Assembly (NCBI GenBank): GCA_044229445.1
Contig: JBGASX010000004.1
Coordinates: 18,165-82,164 of the forward strand
DNA from: Gemmatimonadales bacterium
Lineage (GTDB): Bacteria > Gemmatimonadota > Gemmatimonadetes > Gemmatimonadales > GWC2-71-9
Length of the DNA: 64,000 bases
Direction: 5' to 3'
Shown: positions 29,439-38,403 of the stretch, in pieces
Layout: the number at the start of each line of letters is the position of its first letter
Numbering within the stretch: the stretch's first letter is position 1
Program-made: the position numbers and the translations under genes
The notes under the pieces: model-generated
The model's input: the letters and a program-made list of their open reading frames with translations, nothing else
Database searches by the model: none
Told to the model about the DNA's origin: nothing

Positions 29439-29997
29439 GGCGGTGTTGCTGGTGCCGATGGCGATGGCGCTCCTCGCACTCGGTGCGTGCAAGGACGACG
29501 CGATCCGTCCGCCCCTCACCGTGACCGCCGCCGACTCCGCCGATCAGGTGCTGGAGGGGATGGAGCACATCATCACCTCCGACGGGGTGAAGCGGACGCG
29601 GGTGCTCGCCGATACCGCCTATCTGTACGAGGCCACCCAGCTCGCCCGGCTCAAGGTGGTGAAGACGACATTCTATGACGCCAACGGCTTCGAGACGTCG
29701 ACGGTGAGCTCCGACTCCGGCCTCTACCAGATGCGCGATGGCTCGATGAGCGCGTGGGGCAATGTGGTTGCGACGACCCCGGACGGGCGGCGGCTCAAGA
29801 GTGCCGAACTCAAGTACGATGCGACGAAGCACCAGATCTCGTCGGAGAAGCCGTTCGTCTATGACCGTGCCGACCAGCATCTTGAGGGCAACGGGTTCAC
29901 CAGTGATCCCGACTTCCGGAACGTCGTGACGAAGCAGCCGCGCGGGGGCCAGCGGCCCGGCGCCACCGGGGGCGGCGCGGTCCTGCCTGGGCAATGA
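29428..29997 (+). CDS. lptC: LPS export periplasmic protein LptC-like
   Basis: N-terminal anchor/lipobox MAGKAVLLVPMAMALLALGAC, ~190 aa of beta-rich sequence, and a conserved position between kdsC and the OstA-like gene. Confidence 0.6.
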   Translation: MAGKAVLLVPMAMALLALGACKDDAIRPPLTVTAADSADQVLEGMEHIITSDGVKRTRVLADTAYLYEATQLARLKVVKTTFYDANGFETSTVSSDSGLYQMRDGSMSAWGNVVATTPDGRRLKSAELKYDATKHQISSEKPFVYDRADQHLEGNGFTSDPDFRNVVTKQPRGGQRPGATGGGAVLPGQ

Positions 29998-31349
29998 AGA
30001 GACTCGGCCTCCTCCTGCTCGGGCTGACCGTGGCCACATCGCTTGGGGCTCAGCAGCGCCCGGCGCGCCCGGCGGCCAGGCCCGGCGCGACGGGGTGCAA
30101 ATTCCAGCTGGAGCACACCGGCGGCCTCGGGACACAGAGCATCGTCGGGGCGGACACCAACTACTACGCCGGTGGTGGCGTGGTCCTGGTCTGCTCCGAC
30201 AGCAGTGCGAGGATTTCCAGCGACAGCGTCGCGCTCTATGGCCGTGGTCCCAATACGCTCGTGCAGTTCATCGGCTCCGTGCGCTACGTCGATTCGGTGA
30301 CGGTGCAGACCGCCGATCGCGGGACCTATTACCGGAACGGCGATCGCTGGGAAGCCCGGGGCCGGGTGCATACCGAGAACCAGAAGGACCAGTCGACGAT
30401 CGATGGCCCATCGCTCGATTACTTCCGCGCGCTGCCGGGGGTACGCGATACCCTCGAGCTGTACGCCATCGGCCGGCCGACCATTCGGTCGTTCACGACC
30501 GACTCGACCGGCAGGAAGGGGGAGCCATACGTCATCGTCGCGGATCGGGTGCGGATGAAAGGCAACGACCGGACCTGGGCCGCGGGGAAGGTGCAGATCG
30601 ATCGCAGCGACTTTGCGGCACGCAGCGACTCGCTCTTCCTCGACAGTGGGACGGGCAATGAGGGCGTGCTCATCGGCTCGCCGCTGATGAAAGGGCTGGG
30701 CAAGGACTCCTTCGAGCTGACCGGCCGGCGCATTCATCTCGACCTGGACCACCAGGACGTGAGCTACGTGAAGGCTCTGGGCAACGGGCATGCGGTGAGC
30801 GCGCAGCTGGATCTCGTCGCCGACACCATCGGGCTCGACCTCGACAAGCGGAAGCTGGTGCAGACCGTCGCTTGGGGCGACAGCATCCTCCCGCATGGCC
30901 TGACCACCGATTACGAGATCAAGGGTGACTCGGTCGCCTTCGACACGCCGGACCAGCAGCTCCGGGAGGTGCGCTCGTTTCACCACGCCTGGGTCGGCGG
31001 CAAGGTGGACAGCCTGACGAAGGAGCGGGACTGGATGAGCGGCGACAGCGTGTTCGCGACCTTCGTGATGTCGGACTCCGCGGGGGTGCAGCGCAATTCG
31101 CTCGGTCAGCTCGAGGCCCGGGGGGCGGCGCGGTCGTATTACCGTCTGGCGAACAAGAAGAGCCCGCGGGGATTGCCGTCGATCGACTACACGAGGGGAG
31201 ATCGGATCACTGTGCTGATGAAGACGGGGGCGTTGCGGGGCGTGGACAAGGTGCAGATCCATGGCAATGTGGACGGGGTCCACATCGAGCCGGCGCCCGT
31301 CGCGCCTGACTCAGCGGCCGCCGCACCCGGCCCGCGGACGGCCCGATGA
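29994..31349 (+). CDS. OstA/LptA-like periplasmic protein (long form, 451 aa)
   Basis: Signal peptide [21 protein letters not shown], repeated beta-jellyroll-like segments, and a position between lptC and lptB with ATGA overlaps on both sides. Confidence 0.6.
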   Translation: MKRLGLLLLGLTVATSLGAQQRPARPAARPGATGCKFQLEHTGGLGTQSIVGADTNYYAGGGVVLVCSDSSARISSDSVALYGRGPNTLVQFIGSVRYVDSVTVQTADRGTYYRNGDRWEARGRVHTENQKDQSTIDGPSLDYFRALPGVRDTLELYAIGRPTIRSFTTDSTGRKGEPYVIVADRVRMKGNDRTWAAGKVQIDRSDFAARSDSLFLDSGTGNEGVLIGSPLMKGLGKDSFELTGRRIHLDLDHQDVSYVKALGNGHAVSAQLDLVADTIGLDLDKRKLVQTVAWGDSILPHGLTTDYEIKGDSVAFDTPDQQLREVRSFHHAWVGGKVDSLTKERDWMSGDSVFATFVMSDSAGVQRNSLGQLEARGAARSYYRLANKKSPRGLPSIDYTRGDRITVLMKTGALRGVDKVQIHGNVDGVHIEPAPVAPDSAAAAPGPRTAR

Positions 31350-32512
31350 GCGATCTGCTCTCCCGCATCGCTGAACGCGATCCCTCGGTGCCCCTCGCCC
31401 TGGCGGCCCTGGTCCGCGATGCGGGCGAGGACGGCATGGTCGACCTGCCGACGCTCGGCATCTCCTATCGTGAGACCGTGGTGGCCGCGCGCGCCGAGGC
31501 GGGCGAGGCGGGTCCCGAACTCTCCAGCGATGAAGTGCACGAGAACCTCACCCGCTCCGTGCTGCCGCGCCTCGCCGACGAGGGGTGGATCGCGCCGGTC
31601 GCGGGAGATGACTGGGGGCACGTGCGCGCGGTGGGGCCGTGGTGGGAGGAGGTCCGTGCCGACCGTGGGGCGATGCGGGTCCGCCTGCTCGAGGCCGGAG
31701 TGGCGGGGCTCAAGCGGCGTGCGAGCCTGGCCCAGCTCTCCCATGGCCCGCTGGTCGGTGGCAGCGTGCTCGAGGGGAAGGGGCTCTCCAAGAGCTTCAA
31801 GCGCCGGCGGGTCGTGGACCAGGTGAGCGTGCATGTCCAGCAGGGGGAGATCGTGGGGCTGCTTGGCCCGAACGGGGCCGGCAAGACGACGACCTTCTAC
31901 CTGATCACCGGGCTCATCCGGCCCGATGAGGGCATCGTGAGTCTCGATGGGGAGGACCTCACCCGCGCGCCGATGTACCAGCGGGCCCGCAAGGGCATCG
32001 GCTACCTCGCCCAGGAACCGAGCGTGTTCCGGAAACTGTCCGTCGAGGACAACATTCTCGCGATCCTCGAGACACTCGATCTCTCCCGCGAGGAGCGCCG
32101 GACCCGCCTCGAGCGCCTGCTCGACGAACTGTCGATCAAGCACCTCCGGAAGAGCAAGGCGTACTCCCTCTCGGGCGGCGAACGCCGGCGCCTCGAGATC
32201 ACGCGGGCGCTCGTCACCCAGCCGAAGTTCATGCTGCTGGACGAACCGTTCGCCGGCGTGGATCCCATCGCCGTGCATGACATCCAGACCATCGTGGCCG
32301 GGCTCCGTCACCGGGGTATCGGCGTCCTGATCACCGATCACAACGTCGAGCAGACGCTCGACATCGTCGATCGAGCCTACATCATGTTCGAAGGCAAGGT
32401 GCAGGTCTCCGGCCCGGTCCGGGATCTCGTCTTCGACGACCGCGTGGCCCAGCTCTATCTGGGGCCGACGCTCACGGCGCGGCTCCGGGCCCGCCTGGAG
32501 AAGGTCGCGTGA
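31346..32512 (+). CDS. lptB: LPS export ABC ATPase LptB with a ~140-aa N-terminal extension
   Basis: The C-terminal 248 aa is a canonical LptB ([55 protein letters not shown]). The upstream 140 codons are in the same open frame with G/C-rich third positions, and ATG 31346 overlaps the previous stop. An internal GTG at 31766 is an alternative start. Confidence 0.85.
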   Translation: MSDLLSRIAERDPSVPLALAALVRDAGEDGMVDLPTLGISYRETVVAARAEAGEAGPELSSDEVHENLTRSVLPRLADEGWIAPVAGDDWGHVRAVGPWWEEVRADRGAMRVRLLEAGVAGLKRRASLAQLSHGPLVGGSVLEGKGLSKSFKRRRVVDQVSVHVQQGEIVGLLGPNGAGKTTTFYLITGLIRPDEGIVSLDGEDLTRAPMYQRARKGIGYLAQEPSVFRKLSVEDNILAILETLDLSREERRTRLERLLDELSIKHLRKSKAYSLSGGERRRLEITRALVTQPKFMLLDEPFAGVDPIAVHDIQTIVAGLRHRGIGVLITDHNVEQTLDIVDRAYIMFEGKVQVSGPVRDLVFDDRVAQLYLGPTLTARLRARLEKVA

Positions 32513-34155
32513 GGACCGGACTCTCGCAGCAGGCGTCACTCCGCCAGGATCTGCGGATCAATCCGCGGCTGTATCAGGCCATGGACATGCTGTACATGCC
32601 CATGATGGACCTGCAGCAGCATCTGAAACAGGAACTGCTCACGAACCCCTTCCTCGAGATGGTGGAACCCGAGGAAGAGGACGTGACTCAGGGGGATCAG
32701 ACCCCGACGAAGGAAGAGGAGAAGGAGAAGGTCAAGGAGGAGAACGAGACCGACTGGGAAGAGATCCTGCTCAACGGCTTCGAGGTGCAGGGCGGGGCGC
32801 GCGAGGAGTTCGAAGAAAAGGAATACACCGAACCTGTCACGGTCGAGACCCATGATCTCATGGATCACCTCCGTGAGCAGCTCATGCTGCTGGACCTCAC
32901 GCCCCGGCAGAAGCTGCTCGTGGAGGAATTCCTCGGCAATCTCAAGGAGGATGGCTACCTCGCCGCCTCACTCGAGGAGATCCTTGCCCAGGTGAACCGT
33001 CTTCTCGAGGAGCACGCCGATCGGGCGGCCTCGCGCCTCGCGCCCGCGCCGGAACCCGAGGACGACGAGTTCCCCGACGTCCAGTTCGATGAGTCGGCGC
33101 CGTCGACGCCCACCATCCTGATCGGCGAGCCCGAAGGGGGCACGGAGATGATGGGGATGGCGCACGGGTCCCGCGCCGATCAGCCTCCGCCGGCTCCGGC
33201 CACTCCCCGGCCGCCGCGCGAGGGGATTCCCTACTTCACGATGACCGAGGTCGAGGACATGCTGCGCATCCTGCAGCGCCTCGACCCTCCCGGTGTCTGC
33301 GCCCGCGACCTCCGGGAGTGCCTCCTGATTCAGCTCGAGGAGCGGAAGCAGGTCGACACCCTGACCTACCGGCTGGTCAAGGAAGCCTTCACCGACCTGA
33401 TCGGTCACCGCTGGAACGACCTCGGCCGCCGCTTCGGCACCGAGCCCGCCGCCGTGCAGGCCGCGGCCGATCTCCTCGCCCGTCTGGATCCGAAGCCAGG
33501 GCTCAAGTATTCGGTCAGCGGGGACGGCTACGTCATCCCGGACCTCATCGTCGAGAAGATCGACGGGTTCTATCGCGTCTTCCTGAACGACACCGGCGTG
33601 CCGCGCCTGCGGCTCTCGCGCTCGTATCAGGAACTCGCCCGTGACAAGAAGAAGTTCACCACCGAGCATCGCGAGTTCATCGCGACCCGGATGAACAGCG
33701 CCAACTGGCTCATTCAGGCGATCGAGCAGCGCCGCCAGACGATGCTCAAGGTCATGAACTTCATCGTGGACCGGCAGCGGGACTTCTTCGAGAAGGGCGT
33801 GGAATACCTGAAGCCGCTCACGCTCCGGGAGGTGGCGGAGGTGATCAACATGCACGAGTCCACCGTCAGCCGGGTCACCAACGAGAAATTCGTGCAGACC
33901 CCGCGCGGCGTGCTGCCGCTCAAGTACTTCTTCTCCAGCGCACTGTCGACCTCCTCGGGCGAGGACGCCAGCGCGCGCTCGATCCGGGCCAAGCTGCAGA
34001 AGATGGTGGCGGAAGAGAATACCTCCGATCCCCTCACCGATCAGCAGATCGTGCATCTGTTCCAGGAGCAGGGGATCAAGATCGCGCGCCGCACCGTGGC
34101 GAAGTATCGCGATCAGCTCGGCATCCTCCCGGCCCGGATGCGCAAGCGGGTATGA
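32509..34155 (+). CDS. rpoN: RNA polymerase sigma-54 factor
   Basis: Region [38 protein letters not shown], an acidic region II, a C-terminal HTH, and the RpoN box ARRTVAKYR. Confidence 0.93.
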   Translation: MRTGLSQQASLRQDLRINPRLYQAMDMLYMPMMDLQQHLKQELLTNPFLEMVEPEEEDVTQGDQTPTKEEEKEKVKEENETDWEEILLNGFEVQGGAREEFEEKEYTEPVTVETHDLMDHLREQLMLLDLTPRQKLLVEEFLGNLKEDGYLAASLEEILAQVNRLLEEHADRAASRLAPAPEPEDDEFPDVQFDESAPSTPTILIGEPEGGTEMMGMAHGSRADQPPPAPATPRPPREGIPYFTMTEVEDMLRILQRLDPPGVCARDLRECLLIQLEERKQVDTLTYRLVKEAFTDLIGHRWNDLGRRFGTEPAAVQAAADLLARLDPKPGLKYSVSGDGYVIPDLIVEKIDGFYRVFLNDTGVPRLRLSRSYQELARDKKKFTTEHREFIATRMNSANWLIQAIEQRRQTMLKVMNFIVDRQRDFFEKGVEYLKPLTLREVAEVINMHESTVSRVTNEKFVQTPRGVLPLKYFFSSALSTSSGEDASARSIRAKLQKMVAEENTSDPLTDQQIVHLFQEQGIKIARRTVAKYRDQLGILPARMRKRV

Positions 34156-35087
34156 CCCAGGGCGACCTCGACGTCAGCATCCTCGTCCCCGCCAAGGACG
34201 AGGCGGAGAACCTGCCCGAATTCATGCGGCTGTGCGCGGAAAGCCTGCACGGTGCGGGGTTCAGTTTCGAAGTCGTGCTGGTGAACGACGGCTCTCGTGA
34301 CGGTTCGGCCGAGGTCCTCGCCCGACTGCAGCGGGAGCATCCCTTCCTCCAGGTCGTGACCCATCGGCGCCAGCGCGGCATCGCCGACGCACTGCGCTCC
34401 GCGGGGGAGGTGGCACGTGGTGCCATCTTCGTCTTCTATCCTGCCGACCTGCAGTATCTCCCCGCCGATATTCCCACGCTGGTGACGCCGATCCTGCGCG
34501 GCGAGGCGGACATCGTCACCGGCACCAAGCAGGGCAAGTACGAGAAGGCGTTCGTCTCCGGGATCTACAACGGACTCTGTCAGCTGCTCTTCGGGGTGCG
34601 GGTGACTGACCTGAACTCGGTCAAGGCCTATCGGCGCGAGGTCATGCTTGGAGTGCCCCTCCGCCCCGACTGGCACCGGTACATGGTCGTCATCGCGGCG
34701 GCCGATGGCTTTCGCCTGACGAGCCGCCCCGTGCCGCTCTATCCTCGGCGTGCGGGCAGCTCCAAGTTCACCTGGCGGCGCATTCCCGTCGGGGTGCTCG
34801 ACCTGCTCTCGGTCTGGTTCCAGCTGCGCTTCGGCCGGAAGCCGATGCTCTTCTTCGGTGTGGCGGGCGCCATTCTCTTCGTCGTCGGATTCCTCGGTGG
34901 GATCGTGGCCTTCGTGCTCCGCTTCGGCTACGGCATCGGGTTCCGACCACTGCTGAATCTCATCGAAACGATGGTCATTTCCGGCATCGTACTCTTCGGA
35001 TTCGGGTTCCTCGGCGAGATGGTGGCCGGGCTGCGCGAGGAAGTGCGAGAGGGGCAGCGACGCCTCGAACGAGGCGCCAGGGATTGA
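34152..35087 (+). CDS. GT2 polyprenyl-phosphate glycosyltransferase (GtrB/ArnC-like, two C-terminal TM helices)
   Basis: VSILVPAKDEAENL, VNDGSRDGS, a DLQ (DXD-like) motif, and a C-terminal pair of hydrophobic helices with FLGEMVAGL, as in GtrB/ArnC-type enzymes. ATGA overlap with rpoN. Confidence 0.8.
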   Translation: MTQGDLDVSILVPAKDEAENLPEFMRLCAESLHGAGFSFEVVLVNDGSRDGSAEVLARLQREHPFLQVVTHRRQRGIADALRSAGEVARGAIFVFYPADLQYLPADIPTLVTPILRGEADIVTGTKQGKYEKAFVSGIYNGLCQLLFGVRVTDLNSVKAYRREVMLGVPLRPDWHRYMVVIAAADGFRLTSRPVPLYPRRAGSSKFTWRRIPVGVLDLLSVWFQLRFGRKPMLFFGVAGAILFVVGFLGGIVAFVLRFGYGIGFRPLLNLIETMVISGIVLFGFGFLGEMVAGLREEVREGQRRLERGARD

Positions 35088-35152
35088 GCTGCGCATTCTC
35101 CGTAGCCGATTGTGCTGCGTTCATGCTTACTCTGTCGAGTGGAGGCGACACC

Positions 35153-36112
35153 ATGATCATGCGATTCCGGATTCTGACCGCCGCGGCGGTGTTCGTCGCG
35201 ATCGCCGCCTGCGGCGAAAATGGACCTGGGCAGCCGAGCGGGACGCACCCGAGTCTCGCGACGATCGACTCGGTGCCGCTCGCGGGGACTCCCTACGGTG
35301 TCGCGATCTCGAAGCAGGGCGAGGTCTACGTCGCCCTGCTTGCATCCAACTCCATCGCCCGCACCACGCTCGCCTTCGACAGCTTTGTTGCGCCCGTCAG
35401 CGTGGGAGCGGTGCCACCGCACGTCGTGTTCAATCCCGCGGGCAATCGCGCCTACGCGACGAATCAGACCGGCCAGAGCATGAGCGTGATCAACGTGGCG
35501 ACCGGTGCGACCATCACCACCGTGCCGCTCACGGCGGATGGCTTCAACCTGATCACCAGTCGCGACGGAAAGCAGGTGTTCGTTTCGGTGAGCACCGGCC
35601 AGGTGTACGTGGTCGATGCCTCGAGCAATGCGATCGTCGATTCGATCGTGCTTCCGCCTGTGGTGAATGGCTTTGCGCGCCACCCGAAGAAGAACCTGAT
35701 CTACATCAGCTCGCGGGACGGTGGTACGGTTTCGGAGGTCGATGTCGCCAGCCACCAGGTGCTCCGGACCTTCACGACTGGTGGCATGCCGCAGCGGCTG
35801 GCCGTCTCGCCGGACGGAAAGCAGCTGCTGATCGCCAACGAATTGCTCGGCCTCGATCTTTGGAGCCTGCAGAGTGGCACGCGCGACACCACCCTCGCGA
35901 TGTCAGCCTACGGACTGGGACTCTCGCCTGACGGTGTCCATGCCTATGTCGCGGGAGGTCCGGGTGGGCTCATCACGATTGTCGACCGGGTGGGTCGCGC
36001 GGTGGACACGGTGCTGACCGTGGGCGGAACTCCGCGAAACGTCGCGTTCGATGCCAGCGGTCACACCGCGATCATCAGCAATGAGGCGGATTTCCTCACG
36101 GTGGTTCGTTGA
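35153..36112 (+). CDS. YVTN-type beta-propeller repeat lipoprotein
   Basis: GGAGG lies 8 nt before ATG 35153. Lipobox AAVFVAIAAC|GE. There are about 6-7 repeats of the pattern ..P.GVA.S.DG..VYV.....SV.VID... Confidence 0.7.
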   Translation: MIMRFRILTAAAVFVAIAACGENGPGQPSGTHPSLATIDSVPLAGTPYGVAISKQGEVYVALLASNSIARTTLAFDSFVAPVSVGAVPPHVVFNPAGNRAYATNQTGQSMSVINVATGATITTVPLTADGFNLITSRDGKQVFVSVSTGQVYVVDASSNAIVDSIVLPPVVNGFARHPKKNLIYISSRDGGTVSEVDVASHQVLRTFTTGGMPQRLAVSPDGKQLLIANELLGLDLWSLQSGTRDTTLAMSAYGLGLSPDGVHAYVAGGPGGLITIVDRVGRAVDTVLTVGGTPRNVAFDASGHTAIISNEADFLTVVR

Positions 36113-36346
36113 GAATCGTGCGCTCGCCCATTTCGTTCCGGGCCTCGGAGTGCGTCCGGGGAGAATTCGCTCCCGGTTCACCCCAGCGCGGGAAACGCAC
36201 CTATTTCGTGCCCTGAGTGCCTCCGTTCGTGGTGTCAGCCGGGAGGTTCCGCTGGAGGAGCGTCCGGCAAGCTCGAGCCGGGGGTGCGCTGGCCCCGCCC
36301 GCGGTTGTGGGGCGGGGCATCCGCTCTCCGCTGTGTTGACTGAGCG

Positions 36347-37486
36347 ATGCGCGCGATATTTCTCACCCACAACTTCCCGCGCTTCCCGGGTGATGTGTCC
36401 GGCGCCTTCCTCGCCACCCTCGCCCGGGGCCTCATGCATCGAGGGGTGGACGTCGTCGCCATTGCGCCCAGCGACGGCGGCGATGTGGGAGGCTCCGAGC
36501 TCGAGGGGATTCGCGTGCGCCGGGTTCGGTACGCGACCCCCGAACGCGAGACGCTGGCCTACCGGGGAAACATGGCCGAAGCGGCGCGCACACCCGCCGG
36601 GGCGCTCGCCGCTTGGGCGCTGATCCGTGCGCTGCGCCGTGCCGCCCGTGAGGAGGTTGCGCGCGGAGCCGATATCATCCACGCCCACTGGTGGATCCCC
36701 TCGGGACTCGCGGCACCACCGGAGACCCCACTCGTGGTGACGATCCATGGCACGGACGCGGTGCTGCTGGGGAAGTCGCGTGCGGCTCGGGTGCTCGCGA
36801 GGCCTGTTCTCCGCCGAGCGCGAGTGGCCACTGCAGTGTCGGCCGCAGCGGCGGGTCTGATCGCCAGGGCGACCGGTCGTGTGCTCGCCGAGCGGCACAT
36901 TCAGCCTATGCCGGTCGAGACCGACCGATATCAGTCGTGGAGCGGTGGCGGTGGCGGCATGATGGCCGTCGCCAGGCTGACCGCGCAGAAGCGGATTGAC
37001 CTCGCGCTCCAGGCCGTCGCCCTGCTGCCGCGATCGCTCGGCAGCCTGACGATCGTGGGCGATGGTCCGGAACGCGGGCACCTCGAAGCGCTGCGGGACC
37101 AGCTCGGCCTCGCCGATCGGGTCCGATTCCTGGGAGCGCAGTCGCCGGCCGAGGTGGCGCGGCTGCTGGGGACGGCCGACCTCGCGCTGTTTCCCGCACG
37201 GGACGAGGGCTTCGGCCTCGCGGCAGCCGAGAGCCTCATGTGCGGGGTGCCGGTCGTCGCGTGCGAAGACGGGGGTGGCGTGCTCGCGGTCGTCCCGGCC
37301 GGCGGGGCGGGGCGGCGGGCCTCACCAGAGCCCGAGGCACTCGCGGCGGCCATCGTCTCGATCTCGACCGATCCCAGCGCGAGCGACGAAGCACGGGTGC
37401 ACGGCATCCGTTGGCGGCAGGCCCTCAGTCCGGATCATGTCGCCGGCGTTTGCGCGGAATGGTACCATGAAGCCCTTGGCGTCTGA
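36347..37486 (+). CDS. GT4 (GT-B fold, family-1-type) glycosyltransferase
   Basis: N-terminal MRAIFLTHNFPRFPGDVSGAFL. C-terminal EGFGLAAAESLMCGVPVVA (EX7E-type motif). Confidence 0.8.
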   Translation: MRAIFLTHNFPRFPGDVSGAFLATLARGLMHRGVDVVAIAPSDGGDVGGSELEGIRVRRVRYATPERETLAYRGNMAEAARTPAGALAAWALIRALRRAAREEVARGADIIHAHWWIPSGLAAPPETPLVVTIHGTDAVLLGKSRAARVLARPVLRRARVATAVSAAAAGLIARATGRVLAERHIQPMPVETDRYQSWSGGGGGMMAVARLTAQKRIDLALQAVALLPRSLGSLTIVGDGPERGHLEALRDQLGLADRVRFLGAQSPAEVARLLGTADLALFPARDEGFGLAAAESLMCGVPVVACEDGGGVLAVVPAGGAGRRASPEPEALAAAIVSISTDPSASDEARVHGIRWRQALSPDHVAGVCAEWYHEALGV

Positions 37487-38399
37487 ACGGCTGATCAGGT
37501 TCGGACGATGGGGCCTCGCGCTCATCATTCTGGTGTTTGTCGCGCGGTCGTTCCAGCGGAACTGGCATGAGTTGCAGGGACAGCCCATCGAATGGACCTT
37601 CCGGCTGGCACCGGCGGTCGGCAGCGTCCTGCTGGTGTGGACCATGTACGCCATGCTGATCGAGGCGTGGCGCCGCATGCTCGCCGGCTGGGGACAGACG
37701 CTCGGTCCGCTCCAGGCCGCCAGGATCTGGGTGTTGTCGAGTCTCGGCAAGTACGTGCCGGGGAAGGTCTGGGCCATCGCCGGGATGGCGTTGATGGCCA
37801 AGGAGGCGGGCGTCGCACCTTGGGCCGCGACGGCATCCGCGATCATCTTGCAGGCGCTGGCGGTGGGGACGGGTGCTGCGGTCGCGGCCCTGTTCGGAGC
37901 CGCCGCGCTCGAGGCCCAGCGCCCCGGCATGCTGGTGGGCTTGTGGACCGCGGGCGCGGCTTCTGTGGTCGGGGTGGCAGCGCTGGTGTATCCGCCAGTC
38001 TCGCGGCGACTGCTGGCGCTGGCACGGATCGATCCGGACACGCCCAGCCCGAGTCCCGGCCCGGTGCTGCTCGGGCTCGTGGCCAACGTGGTGGCCTGGC
38101 TGGGCTACGGGGTTTCGCTCTGGCTGCTTGCGTGGGCTGTCCTTCCGACCGGCCATCTTTCGATCGCGCCGGCCATCGCCGGATTTGCGGCCTCCTACGT
38201 GGCCGGCCTGATCGCGGTGTTCGTGCCTGGCGGCCTGCTCGTTCGTGAGGGGCTGCTGGTATTGATGCTTCAGGGCAGTGTCGGCCTCGGCGCTGCGACC
38301 GCGCTCGCCGTCGCCTCGCGGGTGCTGCTGACCATTACGGAACTGGGTGCTGCTGTCCCGTTTCTCATTTTTCGCAGAGGGAACTCGCGTGCCGTCTGA
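37467..38399 (+). CDS. Flippase-like membrane protein (lysyl-PG-synthase TM-region / UPF0104-type family)
   Basis: About 8 TM helices and the motif SSLGKYVPGKVWAIAGMA typical of this family as I recall it. The ATG at 37467 overlaps the GT4 3' end by 20 nt. Confidence 0.65.
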   Translation: MKPLASERLIRFGRWGLALIILVFVARSFQRNWHELQGQPIEWTFRLAPAVGSVLLVWTMYAMLIEAWRRMLAGWGQTLGPLQAARIWVLSSLGKYVPGKVWAIAGMALMAKEAGVAPWAATASAIILQALAVGTGAAVAALFGAAALEAQRPGMLVGLWTAGAASVVGVAALVYPPVSRRLLALARIDPDTPSPSPGPVLLGLVANVVAWLGYGVSLWLLAWAVLPTGHLSIAPAIAGFAASYVAGLIAVFVPGGLLVREGLLVLMLQGSVGLGAATALAVASRVLLTITELGAAVPFLIFRRGNSRAV

Positions 38400-38403
38400 T
38401 CGG

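Noticed and set aside
31346-31765. The region upstream of canonical LptB as a separate small gene or as non-coding spacer.
   Set aside because: No stop codon separates it from lptB, so it cannot be an independent CDS in this frame. Its strong G/C third-position bias argues against non-coding DNA. It is therefore treated as an N-terminal extension, with the internal GTG noted as an alternative.
36292-36318. A GC-rich hairpin GCCCCGCCC-N9-GGGCGGGGC in the 234-nt gap inside the glycosylation locus, as a terminator.
   Set aside because: No U-tract follows on either strand, and it sits 180 nt after the upstream stop and only ~30 nt before the GT4 start. Its function is undetermined, so it is not called as a feature.
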